A stretch of DNA of 64,000 nt from a virus. Lineage: Duplodnaviria; Heunggongvirae; Uroviricota; Caudoviricetes. Positions 43,542-53,113 of the stretch are shown here, piece after piece. The stretch's first letter is position 1. Every line of letters begins with the position of its first letter. The stretch lies in the IMG/VR virus record IMGVR_UViG_3300045988_005640. One strand, given 5' to 3'. The notes below the pieces were generated by a model that was given only the letters and a program-made list of their open reading frames with translations, searched no databases and had not been told where the DNA came from. The position numbers and the translations under genes are program-made.

Positions 43542-43602
43542 TTTTACTCCCTCTAAAAATCATTAACCTCATACATTACTGCAAAAAATTATAAAAAGCA
43601 AG

Positions 43603-43680
43603 TTGACAATGCACTTGACAAGGTGTTAATCTTTGCGAAGTGGGTTTTTACTTAAAAGGTTACTTAACAGTTTAACTATA
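43603..43680. promoter_or_regulatory. divergent regulatory region, copy 2 of the conserved module
   Basis: TTGACA at 43604-43609 and 43615-43620, CTTGACAAGGTGT, TTACTTAAAAGGTT; sits between the leftward polymerase gene and the rightward 43800 gene. Confidence 0.5.
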
Positions 43681-43799
43681 CAGATACTTTAAAACTCTTA
43701 AAAGATTATTTAATAGCTTTTAAAAAGCTTTAAAGTATAACGTATAGAATACGTTAAGATAAAAGATTAAAACTTAATAGTTACTTAAAAGAGGCTTAC

Positions 43800-44222
43800 A
43801 TGCAGAAAATGTTTGTTCACCCAGACATAGCTGACTTTGTTAGAGCTTTGCAGAAGTTGGAAGAACTTGACATTGCTGCTCAACGGGAATATGCTCACCA
43901 TCACAGGAGAATGGTTGATATACAACATGAAATAGAGTTGTCTGAAAACTATGAAGATGACTTAAAATGCTCTGTATTTGAGCATATGAAAGATGTTGCT
44001 ACAGCGAGGCGTAAAGCTAAAGACACAGTTGCTTTACTAGATTCTCTTAAAAAGAGGTTGCAAAGTGGCACAGACCTGTGTAATCTAGCGTCACTAATTA
44101 ACGATGTTGAAACTTCTTGGGATAGACACTATTATCCACGTTCTGAAAAGACACTTGACTTTTCTTCATCAGAAAACTTAAAATGTTCTAGAAAGAAACT
44201 TAACCAACTGAGAGAGAAATAA
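43800..44222 (+). CDS. hypothetical protein
   Basis: 140-aa ORF with RBS AAAAGAGG upstream. Confidence 0.55.
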   Translation: MQKMFVHPDIADFVRALQKLEELDIAAQREYAHHHRRMVDIQHEIELSENYEDDLKCSVFEHMKDVATARRKAKDTVALLDSLKKRLQSGTDLCNLASLINDVETSWDRHYYPRSEKTLDFSSSENLKCSRKKLNQLREK

Positions 44223-44223
44223 T

Positions 44224-45036
44224 ATGAATATCGATGTAGAAAAGATGCTTGAAGAAAAAGGTATTGACGAAGCGTTCTTAATCAATGCCGTAGAAAGCAT
44301 GGCTATGATTCTTCGTGGTAACAACTACACAGAACAGTTTATGCCTGCAAGCTATAACTTGCCTGAAGACAAGTCTGATAACGGTGCTTTTGCAGAACAG
44401 GTTAATTTGATGTTGACAGACACTACACTTGCTCTAGCATCTATTGCGGTTGGTGTTGATGCACTTGCTGAGTTCATTTTTTATGAAATGCAAAAGAATG
44501 ATTATATCAGGATGTCAGACGAAGATAAGGAACTGTTGCTGACTAAGGACACTGATTTCATTATTGATACACTTATCTCATCAACAAGTGCTGTTATGGC
44601 TGTTCTTGAGAAGCGCATGGAAGAGAAACTTTCACGATATGAAAAACTTGATTGGGGCGTAGAAGAATTAAACCCACGAATCAAAGAGATTATACAGCAA
44701 ACTAAAGAGTCTTTGGAAGAAGCTGTTGAAAATGACTCTGTAGCTGATATAGAACCACTTCAGGTGAAAGTTGCACTGATGATTCCAGCTATCTCCACGA
44801 TGATGAATATCGTTGCACTAATCCAGCTTTCACAGATGATGGGCACAAGCATTGAGTTCATTGAGAGTATGACTGGTGGTGTGAGTATGCAAGCAATCAA
44901 TGATGTTCTGGTGAGCATTGGTGCTTCAATCATTGAAGAGAAGCTGCGCATTAACTTTGGTGATGATTTTGTGAAGCAAATCTCAGCTATGGCTGAAAAA
45001 GAGTATTCACAGACTAATACTGACCAACTGCACTAA
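44224..45036 (+). CDS. hypothetical protein
   Basis: 270-aa acidic ORF, coupled to the upstream gene. Confidence 0.55.
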   Translation: MNIDVEKMLEEKGIDEAFLINAVESMAMILRGNNYTEQFMPASYNLPEDKSDNGAFAEQVNLMLTDTTLALASIAVGVDALAEFIFYEMQKNDYIRMSDEDKELLLTKDTDFIIDTLISSTSAVMAVLEKRMEEKLSRYEKLDWGVEELNPRIKEIIQQTKESLEEAVENDSVADIEPLQVKVALMIPAISTMMNIVALIQLSQMMGTSIEFIESMTGGVSMQAINDVLVSIGASIIEEKLRINFGDDFVKQISAMAEKEYSQTNTDQLH

Positions 45037-45054
45037 GTCTTTATAAATCTTACA

Positions 45055-45078
45055 AGCCTCCTTAGTTGGGGGCTTTTT
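45055..45078 (+). terminator. rho-independent terminator
   Basis: Stem AGCCTCC/GGGGGCT (with a G.U pair), then TTTT. Confidence 0.5.
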
Positions 45079-45097
45079 AGTAATTAATGGAGATAAA

Positions 45098-45841
45098 ATG
45101 AGTAATATTATAGCATTTACTGGAAAGGCGCGTTCTGGAAAAGACACCTCATGCTCTATTGTGAAGAACATCTTAGAGGATGAGTATGGCTACAATGTTG
45201 TTGTAATGGCCTTTGCAGACAACCTTAAACTATCTGCATCAAAGATATTTGACTTGACTTGGAATGACCTGTACGGTGAAACTAAAGAGACTCCACAGGT
45301 TTTTGACTTATCATATCCTGAACTGATGTTTAAAGTTACGGAAGCTATGGAGTTCACCTTCAGAGATGAACGTTACCATATGGACTTCAAGCTTATGTCA
45401 GAGTTAACCGGACGATTAATCATGGAGCTTAAGAAGGTTGCTAAACCGACTCTATTGACACGTCTGGGGTTTAGTAAAAAGTATAAATTCTCATCAAGAC
45501 AAATTCAACAGATTTGGGGTACTGAAGTTGTCCGTAAAGTAATGGGCGACAAGTTCTGGTCTAAAGACCTTGAAAAAAGAATGGTTAGATTCCATGAAAT
45601 GTGCTCACTTAGAAACCAATATGGCTTTGTCTTAATCAGTGATTTAAGATTTGACTCTGAAGCTGAATGGCTGAGTAGATTTGCACACCAAACTATTGAA
45701 GTAAAAAGAGACAATGTGGACAAAGTTTCATCACATGTTTCAGAAAATGGGATTTCTACAAAATATGAGCGTGACATTATTCATAATAATGGTACTCTTG
45801 CAGACCTTGAGAACAAGCTAAGAGCCATCATTAAAGTTTAA
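45098..45841 (+). CDS. deoxynucleoside monophosphate kinase
   Basis: 247 aa; P-loop FTGKARSGKDT resembles the T4 gp1 dNMP kinase P-loop. Confidence 0.7.
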   Translation: MSNIIAFTGKARSGKDTSCSIVKNILEDEYGYNVVVMAFADNLKLSASKIFDLTWNDLYGETKETPQVFDLSYPELMFKVTEAMEFTFRDERYHMDFKLMSELTGRLIMELKKVAKPTLLTRLGFSKKYKFSSRQIQQIWGTEVVRKVMGDKFWSKDLEKRMVRFHEMCSLRNQYGFVLISDLRFDSEAEWLSRFAHQTIEVKRDNVDKVSSHVSENGISTKYERDIIHNNGTLADLENKLRAIIKV

Positions 45842-45849
45842 AAGAGAGA

Positions 45850-46050
45850 ATGAAGATGAGAGTAAAAGACAATTTTAAAGTTATTGACCACCGTTTAGTG
45901 GAACTCTCATCTCTTTCCAATGAGGTAATGATTGAACGTCTTAAGAGAGTTGAATCACGAAGGAAAGAGATTGCAGATGAAATTCATGAACTGGACAAGA
46001 TTGAAAATGGATTGAAGGCAGAACTACAACGAAGAGGTGCTAATGTCTAA
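45850..46050 (+). CDS. hypothetical small protein
   Basis: 66-aa coiled-coil-like ORF. Confidence 0.4.
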   Translation: MKMRVKDNFKVIDHRLVELSSLSNEVMIERLKRVESRRKEIADEIHELDKIENGLKAELQRRGANV

Positions 46051-48028
46051 AGGTCGTAAATTGAAAGAGGCTGGTCAGTTTGTTGGTCATTGTGCATGTC
46101 CACGTTGTGGTTCATCAGATGCTGGTTCAATCTATCATCATGACGATGATTCTTATTCAATGACTTGCTTTAGTTGTAACAAAGGTTTCCCAGAGTGGGA
46201 TTTTGATAAAGGGCAAATCGTGAGCACTTATTCTACTGGTTCAGACAATAAAAACCGTACTTTCCGTGGAATGGATTTAGACGATGTAAAAGAAAACCTT
46301 GAAGCAATGGACTTAAAGGATAGGAAGATTCCTGCAAAAGTCCTTGAACGCTTAGGTATCAAGGTTGACATTGACAGTGACGGTGAAATTGATGCGCACT
46401 TCTATCCAACTTACAAACGTAATGAAGATGGTAAGCTAGAGCACGTTGGCTACCGTGTACGTCATCGCTATCCAGAAGACCATCCAAAAGAACACCTACG
46501 AGGTAAGCTAAAAGACTTCTCAGGTGGTGTTGGAGACATTAAAGGCGAACTGGCAATGTTCGGTTCATGGATTGCTCCAGAAGGTGGTAACCGTCTATTC
46601 ATCTGGGAAGGTGAGATGGAATGTGCGACAGCAATCTATATGACTTCTCTTGCGATTAAGGACAAGTCTCGTCGTAAGAATTACTGTCACGTATCTGTTC
46701 CATCGGGTGCAAACATTAAGTCTATCAAAGACAACTATCAGTACATCACATCATTTGACGAGATTTACTTGTGCTTTGATAACGATGAAGCAGGTGCTAA
46801 AGCTACCAAAGAGGCTGCTGGTATCCTACCTATTGAGAAGGTTCGTTTATTCCAGTATCCAGAAGGTGTAAAAGACCTTAACGAATGGTGGACAAAGTTC
46901 TATAAAGAAAAAGATACAGTTCTGGAAGGATTTAAGCAGCGTATCTACAATGCACCCCGTTACTGCCCTGCTGGTATCAAGAACTTCGCAGATGGTTTTG
47001 AGGCAATGAAGAATCGTGGTCAGATTCCATTGATTCCTTTCCCAGAATCTTTCGGAGATTTGAACAGACTGACTTATGGTGGTTACGGTTTAGGTGAGAT
47101 TACAACTCTGGCAGCACCCTCTTCAGTGGGTAAATCTGCATACACTCGTGAAATGATTTATACTGCTTGGAAAGATACCGATTACAATATTGGTGTAATT
47201 CCTGTAGAAGATACCTATGAAGAGTTGATGGAGATGCTCTGTGCAATCCACCTGAGCAAGCAGATTTCTGAGATTCCTTATGACGAACGTGATTGGGATG
47301 AATTGAAGAAGGCACACGCAGAACTGTCTAAAGGTCGTCGTATCCACATCGTTGACCATCAAGGGGCAATTGACCAAGATAACTTGCTGGAATTTGTTGA
47401 CTATCTTGTTAACAGTTTAGACTGTAAGATTATTATTCTTGACCCTATTACGTTGGCTCTGTCACGTTCAGATACGGATGAAGAGGAAGTTTTGTCTGAG
47501 CTATTGCGCCGTTGCAAACGCTACCAGTATGCACAGGTAAACGTCTGTCACGTTCGTAAGAGTGCAGGTGGTCAGAAAGCTAACTCCGAAGGTGGAGATA
47601 TCTCTGAAGAGGATATAAAAGGTTCTGGTGCGTATTTCCAGATTTCTATGAACAACATTCTGTTAATGCGTAACAAGGTTGACCCAGACCCTGTTAAGAA
47701 AAACTTGACAAAAATCAAGTTAACTAAATGTCGTCGTCACGGTAAGTCAACAGGTATTGCTGGTCATACTTGGTACAATCCAGATACAGGACGTCTCATT
47801 AAAGCCTCTGGTTGTGGAGTTGACATTGATGGTGCAGCAGAAAATATTCGCCAACAGTTTGGTATTGGTGAAGCTGAAGACCATTACGATGACTCTTTGC
47901 CACATTATGAGGATGAAGTGTTTGACCGTGAGACTGGTGAAGTCTATACTGAAGAGCAGCGTCAAAGCTCAACGATTCCACCTGTATTAAGTGAGGATGC
48001 AGATGACTGCCCGTTCGAAACTGAGTGA
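46037..48028 (+). CDS. DNA primase-helicase (T7 gp4-like)
   Basis: 663 aa; N-terminal zinc ribbon (CPRCGSSDAG..CFSCNKG), TOPRIM-like (IWEGEMECATA, CFDNDEAG), helicase Walker A (APSSVGKSAY) and Walker B-like (IIILDP). Confidence 0.85.
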   Translation: MLMSKGRKLKEAGQFVGHCACPRCGSSDAGSIYHHDDDSYSMTCFSCNKGFPEWDFDKGQIVSTYSTGSDNKNRTFRGMDLDDVKENLEAMDLKDRKIPAKVLERLGIKVDIDSDGEIDAHFYPTYKRNEDGKLEHVGYRVRHRYPEDHPKEHLRGKLKDFSGGVGDIKGELAMFGSWIAPEGGNRLFIWEGEMECATAIYMTSLAIKDKSRRKNYCHVSVPSGANIKSIKDNYQYITSFDEIYLCFDNDEAGAKATKEAAGILPIEKVRLFQYPEGVKDLNEWWTKFYKEKDTVLEGFKQRIYNAPRYCPAGIKNFADGFEAMKNRGQIPLIPFPESFGDLNRLTYGGYGLGEITTLAAPSSVGKSAYTREMIYTAWKDTDYNIGVIPVEDTYEELMEMLCAIHLSKQISEIPYDERDWDELKKAHAELSKGRRIHIVDHQGAIDQDNLLEFVDYLVNSLDCKIIILDPITLALSRSDTDEEEVLSELLRRCKRYQYAQVNVCHVRKSAGGQKANSEGGDISEEDIKGSGAYFQISMNNILLMRNKVDPDPVKKNLTKIKLTKCRRHGKSTGIAGHTWYNPDTGRLIKASGCGVDIDGAAENIRQQFGIGEAEDHYDDSLPHYEDEVFDRETGEVYTEEQRQSSTIPPVLSEDADDCPFETE

Positions 48029-48284
48029 TAGCTATAAAAGAGAGGGGTTCACACCCTTCTTTGAAGAAAAAAGTTTAAATAAATTTCATGAAGAGTGTTT
48101 GACAAAGATTGATAGGTTCTATAGAATGCTCCACATGAAATGCGATGGAGAAGTTGAAATAGAACAACAGTTCCATCAAAGTATGATTACAGTCATCATT
48201 ACACTGCCTCAGCATAATATTGGTTGGCTGTTTATAATGAAAGAAAATGTGTTTGAATATCAAGTATATCGGAGAATATCATGA
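47991..48284 (+). CDS. hypothetical protein
   Basis: 97-aa ORF overlapping the 3' end of the primase-helicase gene. Confidence 0.35.
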   Translation: MRMQMTARSKLSDSYKREGFTPFFEEKSLNKFHEECLTKIDRFYRMLHMKCDGEVEIEQQFHQSMITVIITLPQHNIGWLFIMKENVFEYQVYRRIS

Positions 48285-48427
48285 AACACTCTAAAGCATT
48301 TGAAAAAGTTTTTGGGGATTCCTTAAAAGCCACTGCTGGAAAACCAGCAAAATACTATGAAGAAAAACGTGTAAGAACTGGAAAAACTGCACGTAAAGCA
48401 GCTTCTAAAGATAAGCACAACTTCCAG
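48281..48427 (+). CDS. hypothetical small basic protein (48 aa, not in the ORF track)
   Basis: ATG at 48281 with RBS GGAGAA (48271-48276); translated by hand. Confidence 0.3.
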
Positions 48428-48502
48428 TAATTAGTATTTGACAATAGGGTATCAACAAATTAGAATTGGTACTCTTCATAAATTGAGATAGAGGTTTAAA
48501 TA

Positions 48503-49360
48503 ATGTCTAAAGTTGTTAAAATGAAAGCTCCGGTAGAGAAGTACAACGGTACTGAACGTCAAACTCTGCGTTACCTGCTGAAAGATGTCTGGTTTTATTA
48601 CCTGAACACTTCACCACGTCCGGGAAAAGGTAAGTCTATTGATAAGAAATTCCCAGGCAAGGACTGTAACTACAGCGTATCAATTCTGGCAGAAGACGGT
48701 AACAAACTGTTTAAAGAGTTTACTAAGTCTAAGAAAAACCCAGAGGGTTGGGATAAAGTTACCACTGAAGCAGTTGATGCAGACGACTTTGAAGAGAAGT
48801 TTGGTTGTAAACCACCTTTTGAAGCAGACACTTACTACATCTTGAAAGTAAGTCGTGCAGCAGCTTATAAAGATGGTGCTGTATGGACAGCTAAACAGTC
48901 ATTCCCTGTAATGCTGATTGAAGAAGTAAACGGTAAACGTGTAGCTGTTAAACAGCCGATGAAGAAAATCAAAGCTCAAGCATCTGATAAGCATGAAGAT
49001 GATAAGAACTATGATGTAATTCATCCAGATATCGCAGTTGGTAACGGTTCTTTTGGTAGTGTGATTCTTTCTACTCACTTCTACACTTTTGAGAACAATG
49101 TTCTGACTAAACCTATTCAGGAACAGTTTATCATTGATACTCTTGTACCTTACACTGGTGGCAACGGTGCTAATGGTGAACCTGAACTGGATGAAGATGA
49201 ACTGGCTATGCTTGGTCTTGATGGTGTCGAAGATAACGGTGAAATCACTGAAGAAGACGCAACAGACCATAAATCTTCGAATGATTCTGATGATGGTGAT
49301 GATGAAGATTTGCCAGACCCAGATGACGAAGAGGATGAAGACTTCGATACAGAAGATTAA
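48503..49360 (+). CDS. single-stranded DNA-binding protein-like (acidic C-terminal tail)
   Basis: 285 aa; strongly acidic C-terminus ending DEDFDTED, as in T7 gp2.5-type SSBs; adjacent to replication genes. Confidence 0.5.
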   Translation: MSKVVKMKAPVEKYNGTERQTLRYLLKDVWFYYLNTSPRPGKGKSIDKKFPGKDCNYSVSILAEDGNKLFKEFTKSKKNPEGWDKVTTEAVDADDFEEKFGCKPPFEADTYYILKVSRAAAYKDGAVWTAKQSFPVMLIEEVNGKRVAVKQPMKKIKAQASDKHEDDKNYDVIHPDIAVGNGSFGSVILSTHFYTFENNVLTKPIQEQFIIDTLVPYTGGNGANGEPELDEDELAMLGLDGVEDNGEITEEDATDHKSSNDSDDGDDEDLPDPDDEEDEDFDTED

Positions 49361-49379
49361 TCTCTAAAGTTACTTTAAA

Positions 49380-49405
49380 GCCCTGTACTCCGTATGGGGC
49401 TTTTT
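49380..49405 (+). terminator. rho-independent terminator (moderate)
   Basis: Stem GCCC/GGGC with 13-nt loop, then TTTTT. Confidence 0.45.
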
Positions 49406-49421
49406 CATATGGAGAGCCATA

Positions 49422-50468
49422 ATGGAGAAGTACACATTAACAAAACTTCCCGATTCAGTTACACATGTTTTTATTGACTCTGACAGTATTGCCTATAAAG
49501 GTGCTTGTGTAGTTGAGAAATCAAAATATAAATACGTCAATAAACTCACCGCAGAAGAATCTGAGCCATTTGATAATGCGAAAGATGCTGCAAGATGGTT
49601 AGCAGACCAGAGAATCCTTGTAGAAGAACTTGGCCTGACATTTGATGAAGATGAATGGGAAAGACAGACTTGGAAAGAAGCTAAGAGTGAAAAAGAAGCT
49701 ATCATGGCTACTCAACAGGTGCTTCAGGAATGGCTTAAGGTTGTTGGTAAAGAGAGAACTTGGGTAGGCTATTTAACAGAGAAAGGTGTGCATAAACATA
49801 AAGACATTAAAGGTCTTGAGCACCAATATCAAGGTAACCGTAAAGATGCTGTCACACCAACACACTTAGTTGCTTGTCGTGAATACCTTCTGTCAAGACC
49901 AGAGTTCAAACTAATTCTTGATGGATTTGAAGCTGACTCTATCGTAATTGCTAAAGCTGAAAAGATGGGTAAAAAGGCTGCCTTAATGAGTATTGATAAA
50001 GACCTTCGACAAGCTGAAGGTACTTACTGCATTGATATGACCTATGAAAAATCACCTTTAATTTTTATTGCTGATAACAACGTTGGTGAAATTTGGGATT
50101 GCCCAATAAAATCAACACCAAAAGCTAAGAAGACAGTTGGGGTAGGTTTTAAATTTCTTTGTTATCAAGCTGTGGCTGGTGATAATGCAGATAACTATTT
50201 TGGTTTAAAGGGCGTTGGTAAGGTTGCTGTAATGAAAGCCCTTGAAGGTAAAACTACTTACAAAGAGTGTCTTGATGCAATTTATGAGCTTTATGCTAAG
50301 AAAGAGTCATACACTTATGTCTCGTGGGATGGTCAAACAATTACCAGAACACCTTTAGAGTTAATGCAGCAACACTTTTTCTTAGCTTATCAGGAAAGAA
50401 ATAAGAAAGATGATTTTACTTTTGATAAGTATGGGTGGACACCAAATGTTAACTCAACAAACTCTTAA
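49422..50468 (+). CDS. 5'-3' exonuclease / flap endonuclease (FEN family)
   Basis: 348 aa; N-terminal HVFIDSDSIAYKG and downstream GFEADSIVIAKA match FEN/Pol I 5'-nuclease motifs. Confidence 0.65.
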   Translation: MEKYTLTKLPDSVTHVFIDSDSIAYKGACVVEKSKYKYVNKLTAEESEPFDNAKDAARWLADQRILVEELGLTFDEDEWERQTWKEAKSEKEAIMATQQVLQEWLKVVGKERTWVGYLTEKGVHKHKDIKGLEHQYQGNRKDAVTPTHLVACREYLLSRPEFKLILDGFEADSIVIAKAEKMGKKAALMSIDKDLRQAEGTYCIDMTYEKSPLIFIADNNVGEIWDCPIKSTPKAKKTVGVGFKFLCYQAVAGDNADNYFGLKGVGKVAVMKALEGKTTYKECLDAIYELYAKKESYTYVSWDGQTITRTPLELMQQHFFLAYQERNKKDDFTFDKYGWTPNVNSTNS

Positions 50469-50937
50469 AGAGTACCTACATTATGACCCCGAAACAGGGG
50501 TCTTTACTTGGATTAAGAAATCTGCTAGACACACAAAAATTGGCTCTGTTGCAGGTACAAACTTAAGAGGGTACACCAGAATTTATTTGTTTGGTAAGGG
50601 CTATTATGCACATACCCTAGCCGTTCTGTATATGGATGGATACCTACCTGAGTGTGTTGACCATAAAAATCATGTAACACTAGACAATCGCTGGGTAAAT
50701 CTTAGGGCATGTACGTTATCAGAGAACCAATGTAATAGGTTGCTCAATAAGAACAATAAATCAGGTGTTAAAGGTGTGTACTACAAAAAACAGTATGGTA
50801 AGTGGTCTACACAGATAACTTTTAAGAAGAGGGTCTACTTCTTCGGCAACTATGACACTATTGATGAAGCAGCAGAGGTTGTAAATAGGGAACGTCAACG
50901 TTTACACAAAGAGTTTGCTAATAAAGGTGATGAATGA
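50410..50937 (+). CDS. HNH homing endonuclease with AP2-type DNA-binding domain
   Basis: HNH motif (VDHKNHVTLDNRWVNLRACTLSENQCN) plus AP2-like GVKGVYYKKQYGKWSTQITFKKRVYFFGNYDTIDEA; 5' end overlaps the exonuclease gene. Confidence 0.8.
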   Translation: MILLLISMGGHQMLTQQTLKEYLHYDPETGVFTWIKKSARHTKIGSVAGTNLRGYTRIYLFGKGYYAHTLAVLYMDGYLPECVDHKNHVTLDNRWVNLRACTLSENQCNRLLNKNNKSGVKGVYYKKQYGKWSTQITFKKRVYFFGNYDTIDEAAEVVNRERQRLHKEFANKGDE

Positions 50938-51434
50938 GAAAAATAAAAGGTTTTGGCAATTGCCCTGAATATGGACATTGGGTTTCACTATGTGGTGAAG
51001 TTGACCCAGCAAAGCACTTTGGTTTTGTCTACCTAGTGTACTGCAAAAAGACTGGACAGTACTATTTGGGTAAGAAACAGCTTAACAGTGTGACAAAAAG
51101 AAAAGTTGCTGGGAAGACTCGGAAGAAGGTAGTCACTAAGGAGAGTGATTGGATGACTTACGAAACCTCTTCTGAGTATATTAAAAAAGATATTGAAAGC
51201 TTTGGAAAAGAATCTTTTGATTTTTACATTATTCAAACCTACTACACAAAAGGTGGTCTAGTCTATGGTGAAGCAAACCTTCAACATAAATTCGATGTAA
51301 TGACAAAAAGGATTGACTCGAAGCTCAGGCTCTTCTACAATGCCAATATTGCAGCAATTAAGTTTATTACTAAAGAAACTTATGAAGATGCTGAAAAAAG
51401 AATCCATAAGGTAATGAAAGCAAATTATGCTTGA
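50934..51434 (+). CDS. putative GIY-YIG-like homing endonuclease
   Basis: 166 aa; N-terminal FGFVYLVYCKKTGQYYLGKK resembles a GIY-x10-YIG module; ATGA coupling to the HNH gene. Confidence 0.45.
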   Translation: MRKIKGFGNCPEYGHWVSLCGEVDPAKHFGFVYLVYCKKTGQYYLGKKQLNSVTKRKVAGKTRKKVVTKESDWMTYETSSEYIKKDIESFGKESFDFYIIQTYYTKGGLVYGEANLQHKFDVMTKRIDSKLRLFYNANIAAIKFITKETYEDAEKRIHKVMKANYA

Positions 51435-51440
51435 TAACTA

Positions 51441-51704
51441 TTGAGAGAGAATAAAATGTTTAACAAAAGCAAAGCTGTGAGTCATGTAGCAAAAGTTGAC
51501 AGCAAGATTGAAGAACTTGAGCGCATTCTTGCAAATGCTAGAGAGTCAATAATTAAAGAAGTTGAAGCTGTTGAATCTCAAATGCAACACCTAATGCTTA
51601 AACGTCAAGAGCTACGTGAGCATCTAGAATATATCGAAACACGAGAGCTAAAGGTTAACAGATATTTTAAGGAGCCAAAATGTTTAACTCAAGAGAATCA
51701 GTAA
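51441..51704 (+). CDS. hypothetical protein
   Basis: 87-aa coiled-coil-like ORF. Confidence 0.45.
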   Translation: MRENKMFNKSKAVSHVAKVDSKIEELERILANARESIIKEVEAVESQMQHLMLKRQELREHLEYIETRELKVNRYFKEPKCLTQENQ

Positions 51705-52435
51705 AAAACTGGAACCTTCGTTGTGGAAACACTCAAAAGCAACCTTACAGTAATGAGTATTGGGAATCTTTAAAATCTCAATCTCTGTGTATGCTTGAAG
51801 AAGCAAAAGAGCTTGTAAAAGCAATTGAAGAGAAAGACCCCATTGAGACACTGGATGCTCAGGCAGATTTACAATATGTTCTTGACGGTTTGATTTACCT
51901 GTCACAACATGACCATAACGGTGCTATGGAAGCTGTTTGCCATAATAATGACCTGAAGTACACAGATGACTATGAAGAAGCTTTAAAACGTCTTGCAGAC
52001 ATTGAAAAGCGTACTGGTCAAGAGTGTATTATTCGAATGTCAGTGGTTGATGGTAAAGAGTGGTATGCGATTGTCCGTGCAGCCGATGGGAAGATTATGA
52101 AGCAATCAAATCTCCCTAAAGTACAGCTTGGTGAATACATTGTAGAGCTTGAAAGCCAAGAACTTTTTGTGGTAGTATCTGAGACATGCGTTATCTGCAA
52201 AGGTATTGTAGGTAGCTTAAAGGATTTGGGTGTAGATGGTTTTGTAGAAGTTAATCCAATTACCTCTAAAGCAGATAAAGACTTCTGTAAAGAGAATGGA
52301 CTATGGATTGCAGATATTGTCTACTATGATGGTGAGCAGTTCCATGTAACCTCATACCCGAAACTGAATTATGATGCTAATAACCTGAAGTGCTGGTTAA
52401 AAGGGGTTGGTTATAATGGATTCACAGAACATTAA
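51680..52435 (+). CDS. hypothetical protein (N-terminal MazG-like NTP pyrophosphohydrolase motif, tentative)
   Basis: 251 aa; LEEAKELVKAIEE..DLQYVLDGLIY pattern resembles the MazG/HisE all-alpha fold. Confidence 0.4.
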   Translation: MFNSRESVKNWNLRCGNTQKQPYSNEYWESLKSQSLCMLEEAKELVKAIEEKDPIETLDAQADLQYVLDGLIYLSQHDHNGAMEAVCHNNDLKYTDDYEEALKRLADIEKRTGQECIIRMSVVDGKEWYAIVRAADGKIMKQSNLPKVQLGEYIVELESQELFVVVSETCVICKGIVGSLKDLGVDGFVEVNPITSKADKDFCKENGLWIADIVYYDGEQFHVTSYPKLNYDANNLKCWLKGVGYNGFTEH

Positions 52436-52739
52436 TAAAGAGGGTGTGGCTCAGAAGAGCCACTTCTCAAACTACAATATTTCTATGACGGTGTTTATGA
52501 ATGACCCGTTACTTGAAAAGTATGGTGAGACTCCAGATACACTTCTGGATAATGAACAAGTTTTAAAAGCAGTCCTGTACAAATACGGGATTGACATTGA
52601 GAAAGAGTATTCTTTTGAAATCTGCCAACACAGGAATACTTTTGGTAAAGTTGTGATGGCTCCACTTTTTATGGGTGTAGAAAGGACTGACTACGGTTGG
52701 TTATATCTAAAAAGAAACTTGGAGAAATACCGTGTTTAA
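52407..52739 (+). CDS. hypothetical protein
   Basis: 110-aa ORF. Confidence 0.45.
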   Translation: MVIMDSQNINKEGVAQKSHFSNYNISMTVFMNDPLLEKYGETPDTLLDNEQVLKAVLYKYGIDIEKEYSFEICQHRNTFGKVVMAPLFMGVERTDYGWLYLKRNLEKYRV

Positions 52740-53067
52740 AGCAAAGAAGTTAGATTACGATGCCATTATCTCTGGTGCTAAATTAGGTGTTGACAGTCTC
52801 GGACGGGACGTTAAACACGGAGACACAGTTATGTACTGTGATGACCGAAGAGGAAGAAGTGCAATCTTGTTTGGAAAAGTTGTATGTAAAATACGCGGTA
52901 ATTATGTTGTTTCAGATATGGATGGCAACGTCGCACAAAAGCTCAAAATAATCATGGATAGCAAGACTCCATCATGGCTCTTAAATTGTATGCACGCTTC
53001 GTCTATCACAAAAGTAAGTGATAAGTTTTACGATATGTGGCAGAATGAGCAAATTTTCAAGATTTAA
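52732..53067 (+). CDS. hypothetical protein
   Basis: 111-aa ORF. Confidence 0.45.
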   Translation: MFKAKKLDYDAIISGAKLGVDSLGRDVKHGDTVMYCDDRRGRSAILFGKVVCKIRGNYVVSDMDGNVAQKLKIIMDSKTPSWLLNCMHASSITKVSDKFYDMWQNEQIFKI

Positions 53068-53071
53068 ACTA

Positions 53072-53096
53072 GGGAGCCTCTTCGGAGGCTCTTTTC
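53072..53096 (+). terminator. rho-independent terminator
   Basis: Stem GAGCCTC/GAGGCTC, loop TTCG, then TTTT. Confidence 0.7.
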
Positions 53097-53113
53097 ATCT
53101 GTAGGATTCGAAA

